Source: Bigelowiella natans CCMP2755 (lineage: Eukaryota; Protista; Cercozoa). Taken from it: a DNA stretch of 64,000 bases. Under the pieces are notes generated by a model. The model had not been told where the DNA came from. It was given only the letters and a program-made list of their open reading frames with translations, and searched no databases. Made by a program: the position numbers and the translations under genes. Positions within the stretch are counted from its first letter, which is position 1; every line of letters begins with the position of its first letter. The DNA lies in contig ADNK01002208.1 in NCBI GenBank assembly GCA_000320545.1, positions 62,001 to 126,000 on the forward strand, in the 5' to 3' direction. Below are positions 13,191 through 26,064 of the stretch, piece by piece.

Positions 13191-13789
13191 GTTGGAGACC
13201 AAAAGTTTCCTTGCTCGTTTGCTTGCGCTGTGCTTCTAGTATCTGGCAGCCATTCAGAAAGTTCTTGTGATCAAGTGGATTTTATCAAAATTTCGCATAA
13301 ATCTGGAATTTTAGGTCCAATTTCCGTTGACTATGTCTTTCACACGATTCAGACATGATTTCAGAGTGCGACTTGGCTCAAGAAGCTTATTTTCGGTGTA
13401 CGAGCTTAAAGCTTAAAGGGAACAGTGGTGCGAATTGCGCCCTATTCTGTCATTGCGACTACTAATTTCTGTTGTCGTCATTTACGATACATTGGCTTGC
13501 TTCCACTTGGGAGAAGGGTGCCCCTTTCGGTTACGTCTACTGCTATTTATCGGCTGTCCGGTACCTACAATTCTCTTCCTTTCTGAAGTTGTGCTCCATC
13601 ATATACCCTTCATAGCCTTCATTTTTAGGTAGTGTCATTTTCTTGTGGGGAAAAACTTGATCAGATCTGCAAAGCTCTTTTCTTCAACTTTCGGAAAGCC
13701 GACGCGTAATTGCCCAGTGGCGATTTTTGATGAATCAGTCTCATATTCATGTAGATGAGTATAAAATTCGTTTTATCAGTTCGACGGCT

Positions 13790-13953
13790 ATGGGCGGCGC
13801 TTGCTGCAGCGCTGAGGCATCAATTCCCAAGTCTAAAAAAAAAAATGACGTAGAAAGTGTCCGCCTGACCAAGGGAAAAAAACGAAGAGGGGTGAAATAA
13901 TTAATATTTGCTATGACTTCCTTAAGATTCAGATGTACCACTGTATTTTTCTA

Positions 13954-14013
<60 letters not shown>

Positions 14014-15666
14014 TGTGTGTGTTTGTATGTGTGTTTTCTAAACTTTGTTTGTCCGCTTTTTAATGGAAATCTAACAAGGAGCTTTATGTGTTTAAACTTT
14101 ATCAATTCTCTCATCAGCCCTTGGTCTATGGTAAATTTGGCGTTAATGAGGCTAGTTGTGACGCGGAGACAGCGATGATTGCCCTGACTCGCCAATTTCG
14201 TCGCGAAAAGATGCTAGTGCAAAAGTGGAGGACCGCGTTAGGTAAAAATACCTAGGGCCTAGCACTATCTTTGATTTTCTCGAAATGAACACAATTACGA
14301 TACTTCAGGATTTGACATAAGGGGGATGATTCCTGGATGCGCAGGAGAAAACCCTTCACTTCCCCTTCAAGGTAATATTCCTAGATGTTAGACCACTCTC
14401 TTACTTAACTGAAGAGGACATTCAAATATTCACCCAGATCCTGGAGATGAAACTACGTCCGTAGATATTGGGCTGCGGAGAATCGATGTGAAAATAGAAG
14501 CAGATCGGGATAGAATGAGGGCAGAGGGTCAACATATTCGAACCATCGATAGCAAAACCTATGCTAAATCCTCAGATGTAACTGTCTCAGAAAAGTTATC
14601 TACTGGAAGAGTAGTTATTTTTCCACAAAAAAACTGTGGTACAAATTCCTGCTGCTGGAATGGCATATCTCTCTTAGGCAGAGACGACATCATTCGACTT
14701 GCTGCAGAAGGTATCCCCCATATGCTGAGACCAGAGATTTGGAGTGACGCTTTGCGTGTCCGGGAAGCACAGGTGAACGAACCATGGCTTTACAAGAAAA
14801 TAACACGTGATACGCTCTCACCTGAAAAAGAAGGCGGAGGAACAGGGCGCGGCATTCAGGGTGACGAGACCGTAGACACAAAGACCATTAAACAAATTTG
14901 GCTCGATGTTCCCAGAACATTCTCAGAACATCCTATACTGATTGGATCACAGGGACGCGCGGAGCAGTCTCGTTTGGAGTTATTTCGTTTAATGAAGAGC
15001 TTTGTGGAACTCCCAGAACAAAAAAGATTCGGCTACACACAGGGTATGAATTTTATCGCTGGCATCCTTTGGCTTCACATTGGGGAGGAAGGAGCGTTTT
15101 ACGGAATGAGGAGATTATTTGACAGCGGCTTGAGAGAACTATACAAGGAGGAATTTGTAGGTTTGAAAAAACTTCAAAACGAATTTATCGGGGAGTTCAA
15201 AGAGAGGATTCCAGGCTTATACACTCACTTAGAACTCATGCAAGTAGACACCGGAATGTACACAACGAGTTGGTTTTTGACTTGCTTTCTCTACAACTTA
15301 ACGCTGGATGTCGTAACCGTGGTGTGGGATGTGCTACTAGTTTCAAATCGAAGGTATTTCTGTAACTTTCTTCTTAGATTATGGTTATTGATACATGTCT
15401 GCTACAGGCCGGATAGATTCCTCCTAGCTTTTGCACTGGCTGTGTTGCGATTTTTGGAGGAACGACTATTGAAAATGAATTTTGAAGAAATTAATGAATC
15501 ATTGATTCGTATTCCTGTCACGATACGCAATATACCACAGCTCTGCCTGAATGCTATATCAAATCTTAAACAAATGGAATTGAAACGCAACATAGAATCA
15601 AGTAATTCTATGATTGAGAATTCGACTATCTTGCAACTGCCTCCCTATGGCAAAGACCTGATGTAA
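13790..15666 (+). CDS. TBC-domain Rab GTPase-activating protein
   Basis: GIPHMLRPEIW, IWLDVPRTF (IxxDxxR arginine finger), GYTQGMNF (YxQ glutamine finger), WFLTCF, VWD. Probable start MGGACCS at 13790 followed by short exons. Confidence 0.92.
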
Positions 15667-15922
15667 TCTAAATTGAAAGATACATAGCAGCATCAGTAGG
15701 AGTTAAAAGATTTGTAGATTCAATGAAAATGAATTATTTATGATAAACTTATTACACTCATTGATAATTGAAGCAGCATCTCGATGATGGCATTGTTGCG
15801 CTACAATTTTACGTATACCTGCCGACGCATTTACATGTTTACGCGTTAATGTAAGCATGTGCACACATGATATACAGATGCAGTTCGCATTGGCATGGCT
15901 TGCTAATTGTCATCCTCGTCTA

Positions 15923-15972
<50 letters not shown>

Positions 15973-16568
15973 GCAGCCGCACACAAGCTGTATACCGCAT
16001 AGCATCTGACATACACATGACCACTTGCACTTGCATTTGCGCACTTGTGGTATATACGCGATAATAAACTGATGATGTAGTTGCAACAACCGCTAGTCTC
16101 ATGTAATAATTTATTTCGATCATGTTGGTTCGTTGTAATTATATACTCATTCTCATGACACCATGCGTTCCATATTTAATCATGGCTGCATCTAGATCTA
16201 TGTGACTCTTTAACCAATTCAATAAAACTACCTATTGCCTTTTATAACTAGTCGAATGGGCCTATGATAAATAGTTCAAGAAATTATAGCGCGCCCATTC
16301 AAACTAGCAGCTCTATGACCTAGCCGGTGGTCACAATAAAGAAAACTATCTAGGTATGGGCCTTTTCCAGAGCCTAATAGCGGTGTTATCGAAGACTGTA
16401 CGTGGCCATCAAACACAACATGCTAGTTGTCACTACACTGCTACGTCGCTGCGAACAACGCATACATTGTTAAGATTATGTTTCCGTGAAGGACCATATG
16501 AATGTTCGAACCAAATCTGTACTCTTTCGACAAATTCTACATTTGTTTACATGATTTTGGCATAGTGA

Positions 16569-17798
16569 TCATGCAATCCGACTATGTTTCTGGGTAGTAG
16601 GAGGATTGAACGGTTTGATCGGAACCCTGTTCATGTGGATGACTATGTAAGTTCCGATGAAGATGATGTAATAGCCAATGTCATCCCCCAGCGCGTACTT
16701 TTCAATTTCATTTTGGTAAACCTCGCTAACTTTCATTCCTGATAACGATGCTGACACACCCCAGTAAAACACTAGCGTTGCCATAGCTCCTCCAATAATT
16801 GCCCACATCCAAATGACACGACGGAGATTGGCGACTATAGTTTGCTTGCTTCGAATATCCTTAATAAGCCTTGGAGACGATGAGGATTTGTTTATCTGCT
16901 TCAAGTCTACTGCATTCACGACGCCTTTACTGTCGTCTATAGACATGCCATTTGTTTTCCTCGAAGAAGCCAGAGTTTGCAATCTTGAGGCAATGTTGCT
17001 ACCAACGCCAGCAATATCGATGCGAGACATGCTCATGTCGATTGACTTACGAATCACCCTTTTCAGATGCACGTTGCTGCGAACGACGTAGTATGTCAAA
17101 GCAACAATGAACACTCCAGAGTTGAATAGTCTCAGTGCGTTCAATTTGTATCTATTGGTAGCAAGTGACGAGATCAATCCAATAGTATGAACGAATGTGA
17201 AGAGTGCAGAGATAATCTTGTAGTTTCGCCAGTAGTACGGTGGAAATTTACTTTTCAACTTTACAGTCTTGTAGCGTGCTTCATGAAATCGGTAGCTTGT
17301 AATCGACACCGCCCAAGCGAGAAAAATCTGTCCAACGTAAAGAAAAGTGCATCTAAGGGATTCCCATAGAGTTTCATCAGGAAAGCTAATATACATTATG
17401 GATGGAGAAGAGCACTTGATAAGACTGCCAACTGCTGTACACTGCTCCATGGCAATCTGACATAAAAGTTATCTTCATCGGTTAGAAATTACTATTTTGA
17501 TAATGAAAGATGGACTTTCGATTGAGCAAAGTGACAACGTTATAGGATTAATGCTTACACAAAAACAGGAGGAAATAGAAAGCCATGCTCGCCAATCCTG
17601 AAGTTTGGAACAATAAATCAACGCCATATGGTGGGAGATACTCGCAAAATATGTGCGTGGATCACCTACGTACTGTGCCGGTCTCTTTCCTTGCACCGCA
17701 CAGGGCGACAAAATCATCAGGATGCAGTAAACGCTCGAAGTGAACGTCAAAACCAACTTTATCGTATCCGACACAATCCAAGCAAGCAAATAACCCAT
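16569..17798 (-). CDS. Multi-pass (7TM/GPCR-like) membrane protein, unknown function
   Basis: A 293-aa ORF plus upstream exons give ~6-7 hydrophobic helices, with a long polar loop before the last two. 5' end uncertain. Confidence 0.6.
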
Positions 17799-18554
17799 GA
17801 TGTATTCGCTAGGGACAAATATATCGAATCGAGTTTAGTGCCTTTGATAGTCCATAAATGTATTTTCTGCCGGAAGAAACCTACCGTGTGACACAGTTAT
17901 TGGCAACATGCAGAAAATACTGATAAAAGTAATGATGCTCCCAGTCTCCTACACACTCCCTCTCTGCTTTTTCTCCAACTTTCTATTTTATTATGAATTC
18001 GTCGCGTACAGCTGGTTCAGCTCGCCTCCTCCCCAGCGGCGTTGTGGTGTCGGCTAAATGAACAAGCGGGGGGAAGTCGTAACGTTATTTTATCCCTGCG
18101 ACATCCTAAAACGTTTGTCGTATTTAAGGATTGCCAGCTCACTCATCTCTAATTCTACAGTTGGACAGTGGACACCTGATGCTGTTGTAACGCCCCACCA
18201 CAACACACTCAACAGTCTCCGTTCCACAATGACCACCACATATTGTTAGGAGTCTACCATCATTTTCTCATTACTCGTAGGTCCTATGCGAATGCGACTA
18301 GATCTAGATCAAATGTATCGAGGTAGAACTACAAAACAAAGGTGCTTGTCCTGTTGTCGCAGGCAGCAAACGTTCGAAAGAAAGTGGAGAACAGCAGAAA
18401 CCTGCAAGTCTTGCATGCTGACGTTCGGGAAGAGCTGTTCGGTTCCATAAAATCCGAATATTCTATTACGACATGACATAAGTACGAAATCCTACCTAAA
18501 ATGTCCTGGTTCCCTTTGCTATCTTGGAGTGCGAACCACACTTTTAGCTTCTCG

Positions 18555-20724
18555 ATGACCGAAATGTATGCCCCCCCTCCAATCCGCTTGTTTTTATTTT
18601 CCTAGTTTCCCGCGTTGTATCATCAGCCATCTTATTTGGATCATTAATGCAATGATTCTTTGGTAGTCCGGAGTGTTCTTGGGCAGCACCCTAGCAAAGC
18701 CGAATTTGGGTACTCGTAGATGAATATCAGTATAAGCGAACGAAGTACGGAATGGGAGGACGATGAAGGCCTTGCACGAATCGAAATCAATGGAATTGTC
18801 TGCAAGACCACGTCATCGACGATAGAGAAACTCTGCAGCCTAGTCAAAGAGATAACAAATGAGACGTGCATTCATCCAGAAGACTCCTCTTCGATTACGA
18901 AATTGAACAAAAGACATCTTCGAGATTCAAAGGTTGCGGAGATCGATACAATATGTAAAAAAATTGTCACACTTTTTGAAATTTAAACCTGACCTGATTG
19001 AATCAACGCTGATTCACTGGCAATTTTTTTGTTATTACAGGGAAACGACGTTATCCCACAGGGGGTTGCTAGTTTCCAAATTGAAAGCGCAAAAGCGGTT
19101 GCGAAACCGTCTCTGGGGCATGGCTGTGCTGAGTACATATGGCGATGGAGACAAAAGAAACCTGTACGTATGATCAATAATCAAGATCATGATAGTCAAG
19201 AGCATAATTTTGATGCCAACCGTATCAAGTGATGATTCCATGACATAGATACAACGTTGTGGGACACCATTATCATGAGCACTTACACGCACGTGGTTCT
19301 GAATTGGGTTTTGGTTTTAACAGGCTCCTCCGTTTCATACCAAGAAATACATGAGTTGGTCCGTGCTAGGAGCATTCATAGGAATCGCATTGCTCGGTCT
19401 ACTTAATACCTTCGCCACAGAGGACACCGATTTGCTTTTTATCAGCAGTTCCTTCGGTGCACAAGTAAGTACTCTTATTACGCCTACACTTTGTTGGGTA
19501 TTTTGTACTCCAAAAGATCCTGTACCGCGATTCATTCAATGCGTTATGTACCATGCGAATGTTAGAGTGACGTCTTCTGTTTTGTATATCGCTTCAGGCC
19601 GTGCTGCTATTCGCTGCGCCTCATTCCACTTTAGCTCAGGTTGTTGATAATCTTACGGAAGTATTCTTAGCTTGAGGTGTATTGTGCACCTTTGTGGGTG
19701 TGTGTGTGTGTATGAGCGCGCGCACCTCATCTGCTCTGTGGCATTTGTGTTTTTGCTCCATGATTAGTTTTTGACAACTTCCTCATTGATTGTATCGTCC
19801 ATTTTTTGTCTTCAATTTCGGGTTCCAGCCGTGGAACTCCATCGTTGGAAATGGTTTGTCCGCTTTTGTGGGCATCCTGGTGCATTGGATACTCGGCAAT
19901 ATAGGTCGTGGTTATCATTTCATAGAGCTAACTATGAAGAAAAGGCTATGTCATGTTGATGATGAAGAGAGTGAGAATGATGGTATTAGAGAACTGTCGG
20001 AACAGTGCGGAATATTTCGATTGTAGCAGCCTTTGCAACACCTCAAAGAGAATTTTTTTATAGTTGTTCGCACTTTGCTGGTCCTCCACATTCATCCTCC
20101 TCCTATTTTTTTACGATGCCATGGCGTTGATATTGGTATTATTAGCCCCCCGATGGCTGATGATGGCTTTAAGCGTCTCGTTATCGACTTTGGCAATGCA
20201 TGTGTCAAAATCTATGCATCCTCCAGGTAGTTTTCTCACACACACAATCAATTATTGCCATATCTGCCAAGGATATAACGTCTGCGTCGTAGAATTTTAA
20301 AGTTGAAATGATACTCATTGGTCTTTCTTAACATTCGTATCAGGAGGTGCAACTGCTCTGATTGCCAGCTACCAAAAGGGAAGGGTTAAGGAACTTGGCG
20401 TTCTCTTCATTTTGTTTCCGACTGTCTTTGGATCGATTCTTCATATTTTAGTGGCGATGATACTGAACAACTGTATTGAAGACAAGGTGGCGTGAAGTAT
20501 AGACGTTTTTATTTACGATTATTCATTTTCCGTTCTCCTTCACTCGAACCTCTACCTCAACCTCCCCCCCTCCCCCCCCCTCTCTCTCTGTCTGAATCTT
20601 GAATTTCCCACTATGTGTGTTGGGTAAATAGGAACGAAACTACCCCTTATTTTGGGAACCTTTCAAGTGTCTTGGATACCACGGCAACAACACCGATGAG
20701 GCTGTCCAAACCGAGAATAGCTAG
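18555..20724 (+). CDS. HPP-family integral membrane protein (putative nitrite/anion transporter)
   Basis: Spliced SWSVLGAFIGI...SSFGAQ|AVLLFAAPHSTLAQ|PWNSIVGNGLSAFVG...SMHPP|GGATALIA...LVAMILNN...RNYPLFW carries all the HPP hallmarks. Start approximate. Confidence 0.9.
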
Positions 20725-22484
20725 CGAACAGAATGTTTAACGAGCATGGTATAACTATTTTGGCGGAAGGGGTTGCCTTGACCGAAGCCATATAGTTACA
20801 GGTGGGATTATGCGAAGGATCTTTACCATTAAAGATTTATACTTTTAAAATATAGGCCATAGATGTTTACCAGTGTCCATGCACATCGCGCATGTCAGAT
20901 ATGCGTCCACGTGATTTTTGGTGACGTCGTTGCCATTGATTAGCATTCAGACCTGCAGAAATTATAGGTTGTGACGATGTACAATTGGCCTTCATTCTCA
21001 AAATTACTTAACAGATGGAGTAATGACACCATCATACGTGCATGCTGTATGGCGATGCCGATCGCAAGCATATGCATGGCGACAATGCATGGCGGTGCGT
21101 GTGACGTGCTTTGGATCAAAATTGTGTCGGGCTTCTTTGTCAAAAATTACATCAAGTAGATCTAGAGTTTTTCGATCCTCTCATACTCTAGCCATGGCCA
21201 CGGCGTCGTGTGTATACAGTGTGCGTTCACCTAAGCTGAGCATGGCATAGCGGCAGCGCGTGATCGATGCGAGTCTTCTGCGATTTAATCATTTGATTCG
21301 TCTCGATCATGGACACAACATCTAACAGAGACAAGCGTTGCACACACACACACACACACACACATGCACATGTGCACATGCTGTCCCACACAAACATTTA
21401 CAACACTTTGTTTGCACATGGCATGTACGTGCACACGTACATGTGCACATCATGGAGACACGTTCTGCACACGTGTGCATGTCACCCTGCACACAGAGAC
21501 ACGCACACACACATACATGCCTTTGCATATGCTAGTACGTCTCTCTGACATGCATGTCAAGAATCCTTGGGATGCCTGGTTCCATGTGCATCAAACGACG
21601 TGCCCCACCTTTTGTGCGTCGGCAACATTGTCGCCACGACATTGTGTCAGACTACGTGTAGCAGGGTGCAGTGTGCTAGTGTGCCAAATCTTGCTAGCTT
21701 GGCTTCACACCGCCCATGCACTGCTAGCGACTGCCGCATGTGTCGATTCCGGCCACGCTAGCACGGCTAGATCGACGGGCAAGATGACAACTAGTGGTGA
21801 CGCTGGTCCGGGAAGAGGTGCCAGTAGAGACTCCACGGACTCCAGACTCACATCACTGGTGCCGCCTACTGCCTGGTGCCCAGATTTCGTGAGACAACAA
21901 GCACATTGCACACCAGTGCAGGCTGTTCTTGCCGCTCATGCTTGGTGGATGCTCCACATGCATGGCAGACAGTGACATCATCATCATCGTGTGGCTCATT
22001 GCTGCGCAGTGGGGACGTTGCATTGGCGCTGGGGCCGCTCTGTGCCACGCGGATGCGCTCGATTGTGTGCGGCCTTTCACGGTGCTGCGGTCTAGCGGTC
22101 CCAGTGTCCGCACAATCGCATCGAGCGTTGGCCTTGGCCCTGTTCAAATTTGATCTTGCATCATGAGGCGCTGCACCGAACATCAAGAAGATCATGCAAC
22201 AGGCTTTGATTCCGTAGACTAGTAGAGTCGCTAATGTCCAATGTCAGCTCTAGTACATTGCGGTCCGTTGTACCGCCCCGCCCTGCTGACTTTTGCGGCA
22301 TGCACAGTATCACCAGCGTAGCACTAAGAAAGGGCAGAAACAACGTCACAAATTGTCCATAGAGTCCTCATGGTTTCTAATTTGAATCCAGAATTCCAGT
22401 CTCATTAGTATTGCAAAGCAACGACAATTGTAGTCTAGTAGTGCGTGATCAATAAATGGCTGCCGAATCTCAAACCCGCATAAA

Positions 22485-23547
22485 TCATTCCACCGAAGGC
22501 AAGCTTAGAGACATAAATATAGCTGTCTCAACGCCATCGTAGTAGTTCGGTCTTTGACCTACGTCTATGAATCCAAGATCTTTGTACAGCTGTCTCGCTG
22601 CTTCGTTAGACTCTCGAACCTGCACAGGGGGCGATAAAGTATCAAGATGTGACATTGTATTTCATTTTCTGGTGTATCACACAACAATATATGCTACCTC
22701 GAGAAGAATTTCTCGTGCCCCAAGTTGCTCTCCTTTCTTGCAAAGCTGCTCAAGGAGTTTGGTAGCGACGCCTTTTCTGATCGTTGTGGATGGTGGTGTC
22801 GTTAGGTAAAGTAAAATTTCAGTACTTGCAATGAACCTTCTATAACATGGAAGCACAAAAAGGTTTCCGATTTCCAACTGATCTACGATGTGCCACGCTA
22901 CCTGTTGAAGTAATAACATACGGCATATAGGAATCAATTAGGGAAAGACATATCATGTGGGCATTAATATTCGTTTTGGTATTGATATTATTCTAAGGAC
23001 TCACAATAATAGCCGCAAAGACTGTCGTCGCAGGATCATCAAGTTCCTCCGCAACTAGGATGTGGGTGTTTGGATCATTAACTTCTCGTTCCCAATTTTC
23101 ATTACTCCAGCCCGTGCCAAGGTTGCAACCCCGGAAGGCAACTTTAATCTCATCGAGATCTTGCAAGCTTGCTTCGCGTACTTGTAGACTGCAACACGTT
23201 CTCAATACCCGAAAGTTTTGTTCCCCAAGAAAGCTATTACTTCGATGCATATCCTGTTGTTTGGAGAGTACTCTAATATTTTTCCTTCCCCCCCTGAAGC
23301 TTGAAATAATTCAAGGGAATCTTAAAGTACGGTAGATATTCAAGAATTGTATTTCACAACCAACTTGTCAAATGAGGAAAGACTTTAAGGAAATCAATTG
23401 CAGATGAAACTAAATGGAAATCGACTTAAATTACCTCTTAGAAGTTCGGCTAAGAACGAAGCTTGGGCTCGAAGGAAATGATGACATTCCGATAAGGATG
23501 ATGGCCACAAGACCCACCACGATCTTTGTTATGGAGGCACCATCCAT
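22485..23547 (-). CDS. RimI-like GNAT N-acetyltransferase with bipartite targeting leader
   Basis: LEIGNLFVLPCYRR|KGVATKLL (acetyl-CoA motif A) and ILLE|VRESNEAARQLYKDLGFIDVGQRPNYY. Hydrophobic N-terminus MDGASITKIVVGLVAIILIG followed by an S/R-rich segment. Confidence 0.9.
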
Positions 23548-23720
23548 TGTTCGTCGAATAGGCACATTCACACATGTAAGTCGGTAAAAGTTGTGGAAGC
23601 AAACATGCTGGAATTATTCTACAATTCTCCTCCTCCTCCGCCTCCTCTCATTCTCAGCCGTCGGCGTCGGCGTCGTCGTCGGTTGTTGTTATTGTTGCCA
23701 TCAAACCGAGCACACGGCAG

Positions 23721-24338
23721 AAATATCATCGATAGTTTTGAGACCGAACTCAAAATTTGCGAATACGTCCACGATGCCTTCAGTCCGATCTCAAACACGG
23801 TGGTGGGCGATCCTTTCGGCTTCACATGGATCAACCACGTCAAAGAGATCAAGGATGAGAATGTGTTCTTCACATGTGCGGAAGTGAGCCTGTCTCTGTC
23901 AACATCAACATGCCGGGTTGGAGAAAATGGTGATCGCAGCACTTGGGCTTCCCTCTCTTCATGAGCTGCGGTTGGCTGACATTGTGACAACAGCTAGACA
24001 GAGACGATCCATCAAAAGAGTGTGAACATTGCACAGCGCACGTGTTGAGGCTGAAGTGGTTTGCTAGGGAGTTCATTGAGAAAGATGCACTGCACAGCAT
24101 GGATCGTGTGCGGAAGTTGCATCTCTGGGAAAAGCGTGAGTCGCCATGTCCACACGTGAAGCGAGAAGGCACTTGCAGACTCCATGGAAACAAAGGACAA
24201 GGAGTGGTGGAACACACACTTTGGGCTTTGCGAAGTTCAAAGGGCATTCAAATGCCTTTTCAGTGCAAGTTCAGAGACCCAGTGGTTCCACACAACACTC
24301 TGTTTCCAGAGACAGTTGCTCCGCCAGTGCTGTGCTAG
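23721..24338 (+). pseudogene. 5'-truncated two-exon gene fragment, TpA-hypermutated
   Basis: Exons 23721-23883 and 23994-24338 join in frame across a GT-AG intron. There is no room for a 5' end before the RimI start. Exon 2 has 0 Tyr, 8 His and 6 Cys in 114 aa. Confidence 0.7.
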
Positions 24339-25327
24339 GGCGGCTTCAGGAGAGTGCAGAGACGCGTTTGTTTCTTTGAATGCATGAGTGCAACAAAGAA
24401 TTGGCAATTGTTCTCCCTGAAAGTGTGTTTGTCACACATGAATCCTTTGGTGAAAACCTGCAAGGGGGATGGAAGCGCATGATTGGACACAATCATGGAC
24501 ACGTGATGCCACACGTGTGCTGCACATGTGTGATGTCACTTTGATGTTGCTTTGTCGATCCATCATCACATTGCTAATTGAAAGGCGAAAATTGCTGGAA
24601 GCAAAGAGCTGGTGCTCTCAAGATCTTCAAAAATCATGAACTAGGAACGGTTTGGAATTCAAGGTCCCTCGGTTTCGGCCCATTTTCGCAAAGTTTCCAT
24701 GCGCATGCTGAGCTGAGCTAGCACGTGTGACTGTCGTGCCTGTCTAGCTGTGCCACGAGTAATCATGCAATCAATGATCACAGTGACATTGATGGACACA
24801 ACTCTAGAACTAGACAATGATGACACACCACACACGCATGGTGACGGTCTAGCGGTGGGCCCTCAAAAGAAGCACAGGAGCAGTCAAAATGCATGTATGT
24901 GAACGGGGTGAGTCAGAGTTGTTCACCCATCGCTCTCACACGAGCTAGTGAGCACCACTTGCCTCCACGAGTGACTCATGCCATGGTCCGTCTTTGCAGC
25001 ACATTGTGCATCATCGTAGGCAGGGCGTGCTAGCGTAGCAACTTGCAGACTTGCGTGCACGTTCCCATATACCCAAATACTCGCTCTGCTGACTTCCGGT
25101 ACATTAACAGGCTCAGCGTGACATGTACTGAAATGAACAAGCATGACGGGGCTATCACTTTTTTGTGCGTGCAGCGTAGTAGCTGCGGGATTGCACTTGC
25201 GGGATCGAGAGTCTATACACTTTGTTTTAATTCTGCATCGAAATGTATCGTTCAACGCAGCGGATCTGGCATATTCGAAGCAGGAATCTAGGATAATCAT
25301 AGAGTGTGATATCGGGGTGCCTTGCAG

Positions 25328-26028
25328 CTATCTGTTAAGGGATGATTGAAGTCCTGGGAACGATTTGGACTCCGAATTGACCCTTGGCACGAAGCCATCA
25401 TATTCACCACCACCACCACCACCGCCTATCATATCCTTCCGTGTTCCACCACCATCATCGGCTGCACGACTGGTTGTCAACTGGAATCTGATCTCACGAA
25501 CACGTGGGTTGGATGAGTGAATGTGTTTCAACATCTTGTCTTGCGCTTTTTGGATCTCAGCGAAGCGTGCCTGCGGTGAAGAAACAATCAACGCAGTCTC
25601 ATGTCTACAGTTTGAACACAATCTATTTCGAATCCGTGATTGATACGGCCAAAGAAAAAATTTGGCTAATTAATGTGGAGACTTCAAAATTGGTGGACGA
25701 CGTGTTTTCCCATCACTCAATTGTGACGAAGTGAGCAGAAATGCCGCAACAAATGAATACAACAAAGCTTACCCCAGCAGGAACATCCATGTCTACATCA
25801 AGCATTAAATGCGGACCTGAGAATGATGACGATGATGATAACAAGGGTGAATATTAACATATTAACCGCCTTGGTGATAAAGATGAGTGCAAGGAGGTCA
25901 TCTCCTCCTCAACCTTATTCTCCTACTAGGACATGTGTAATAGTGGTAGGTTAATACCCATCTTTCTCGCTCTAACAGAGACAACTTTCAGTCGGTTGGA
26001 GTTCCACTCTCGTATGTCGATGTATCCG

Positions 26029-26064
<36 letters not shown>

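Noticed and set aside
21309-22195. Cluster of overlapping His/Cys-rich ORFs up to 203 aa
   Set aside because: Loss of TpA removes TAA/TAG stops and Tyr codons in all frames, producing spurious ORFs. No domain signal.
23766-24759. CpG methylation decay or classical RIP as the cause of the TG/CA excess
   Set aside because: CpG remains frequent, and TpA is lost rather than gained.
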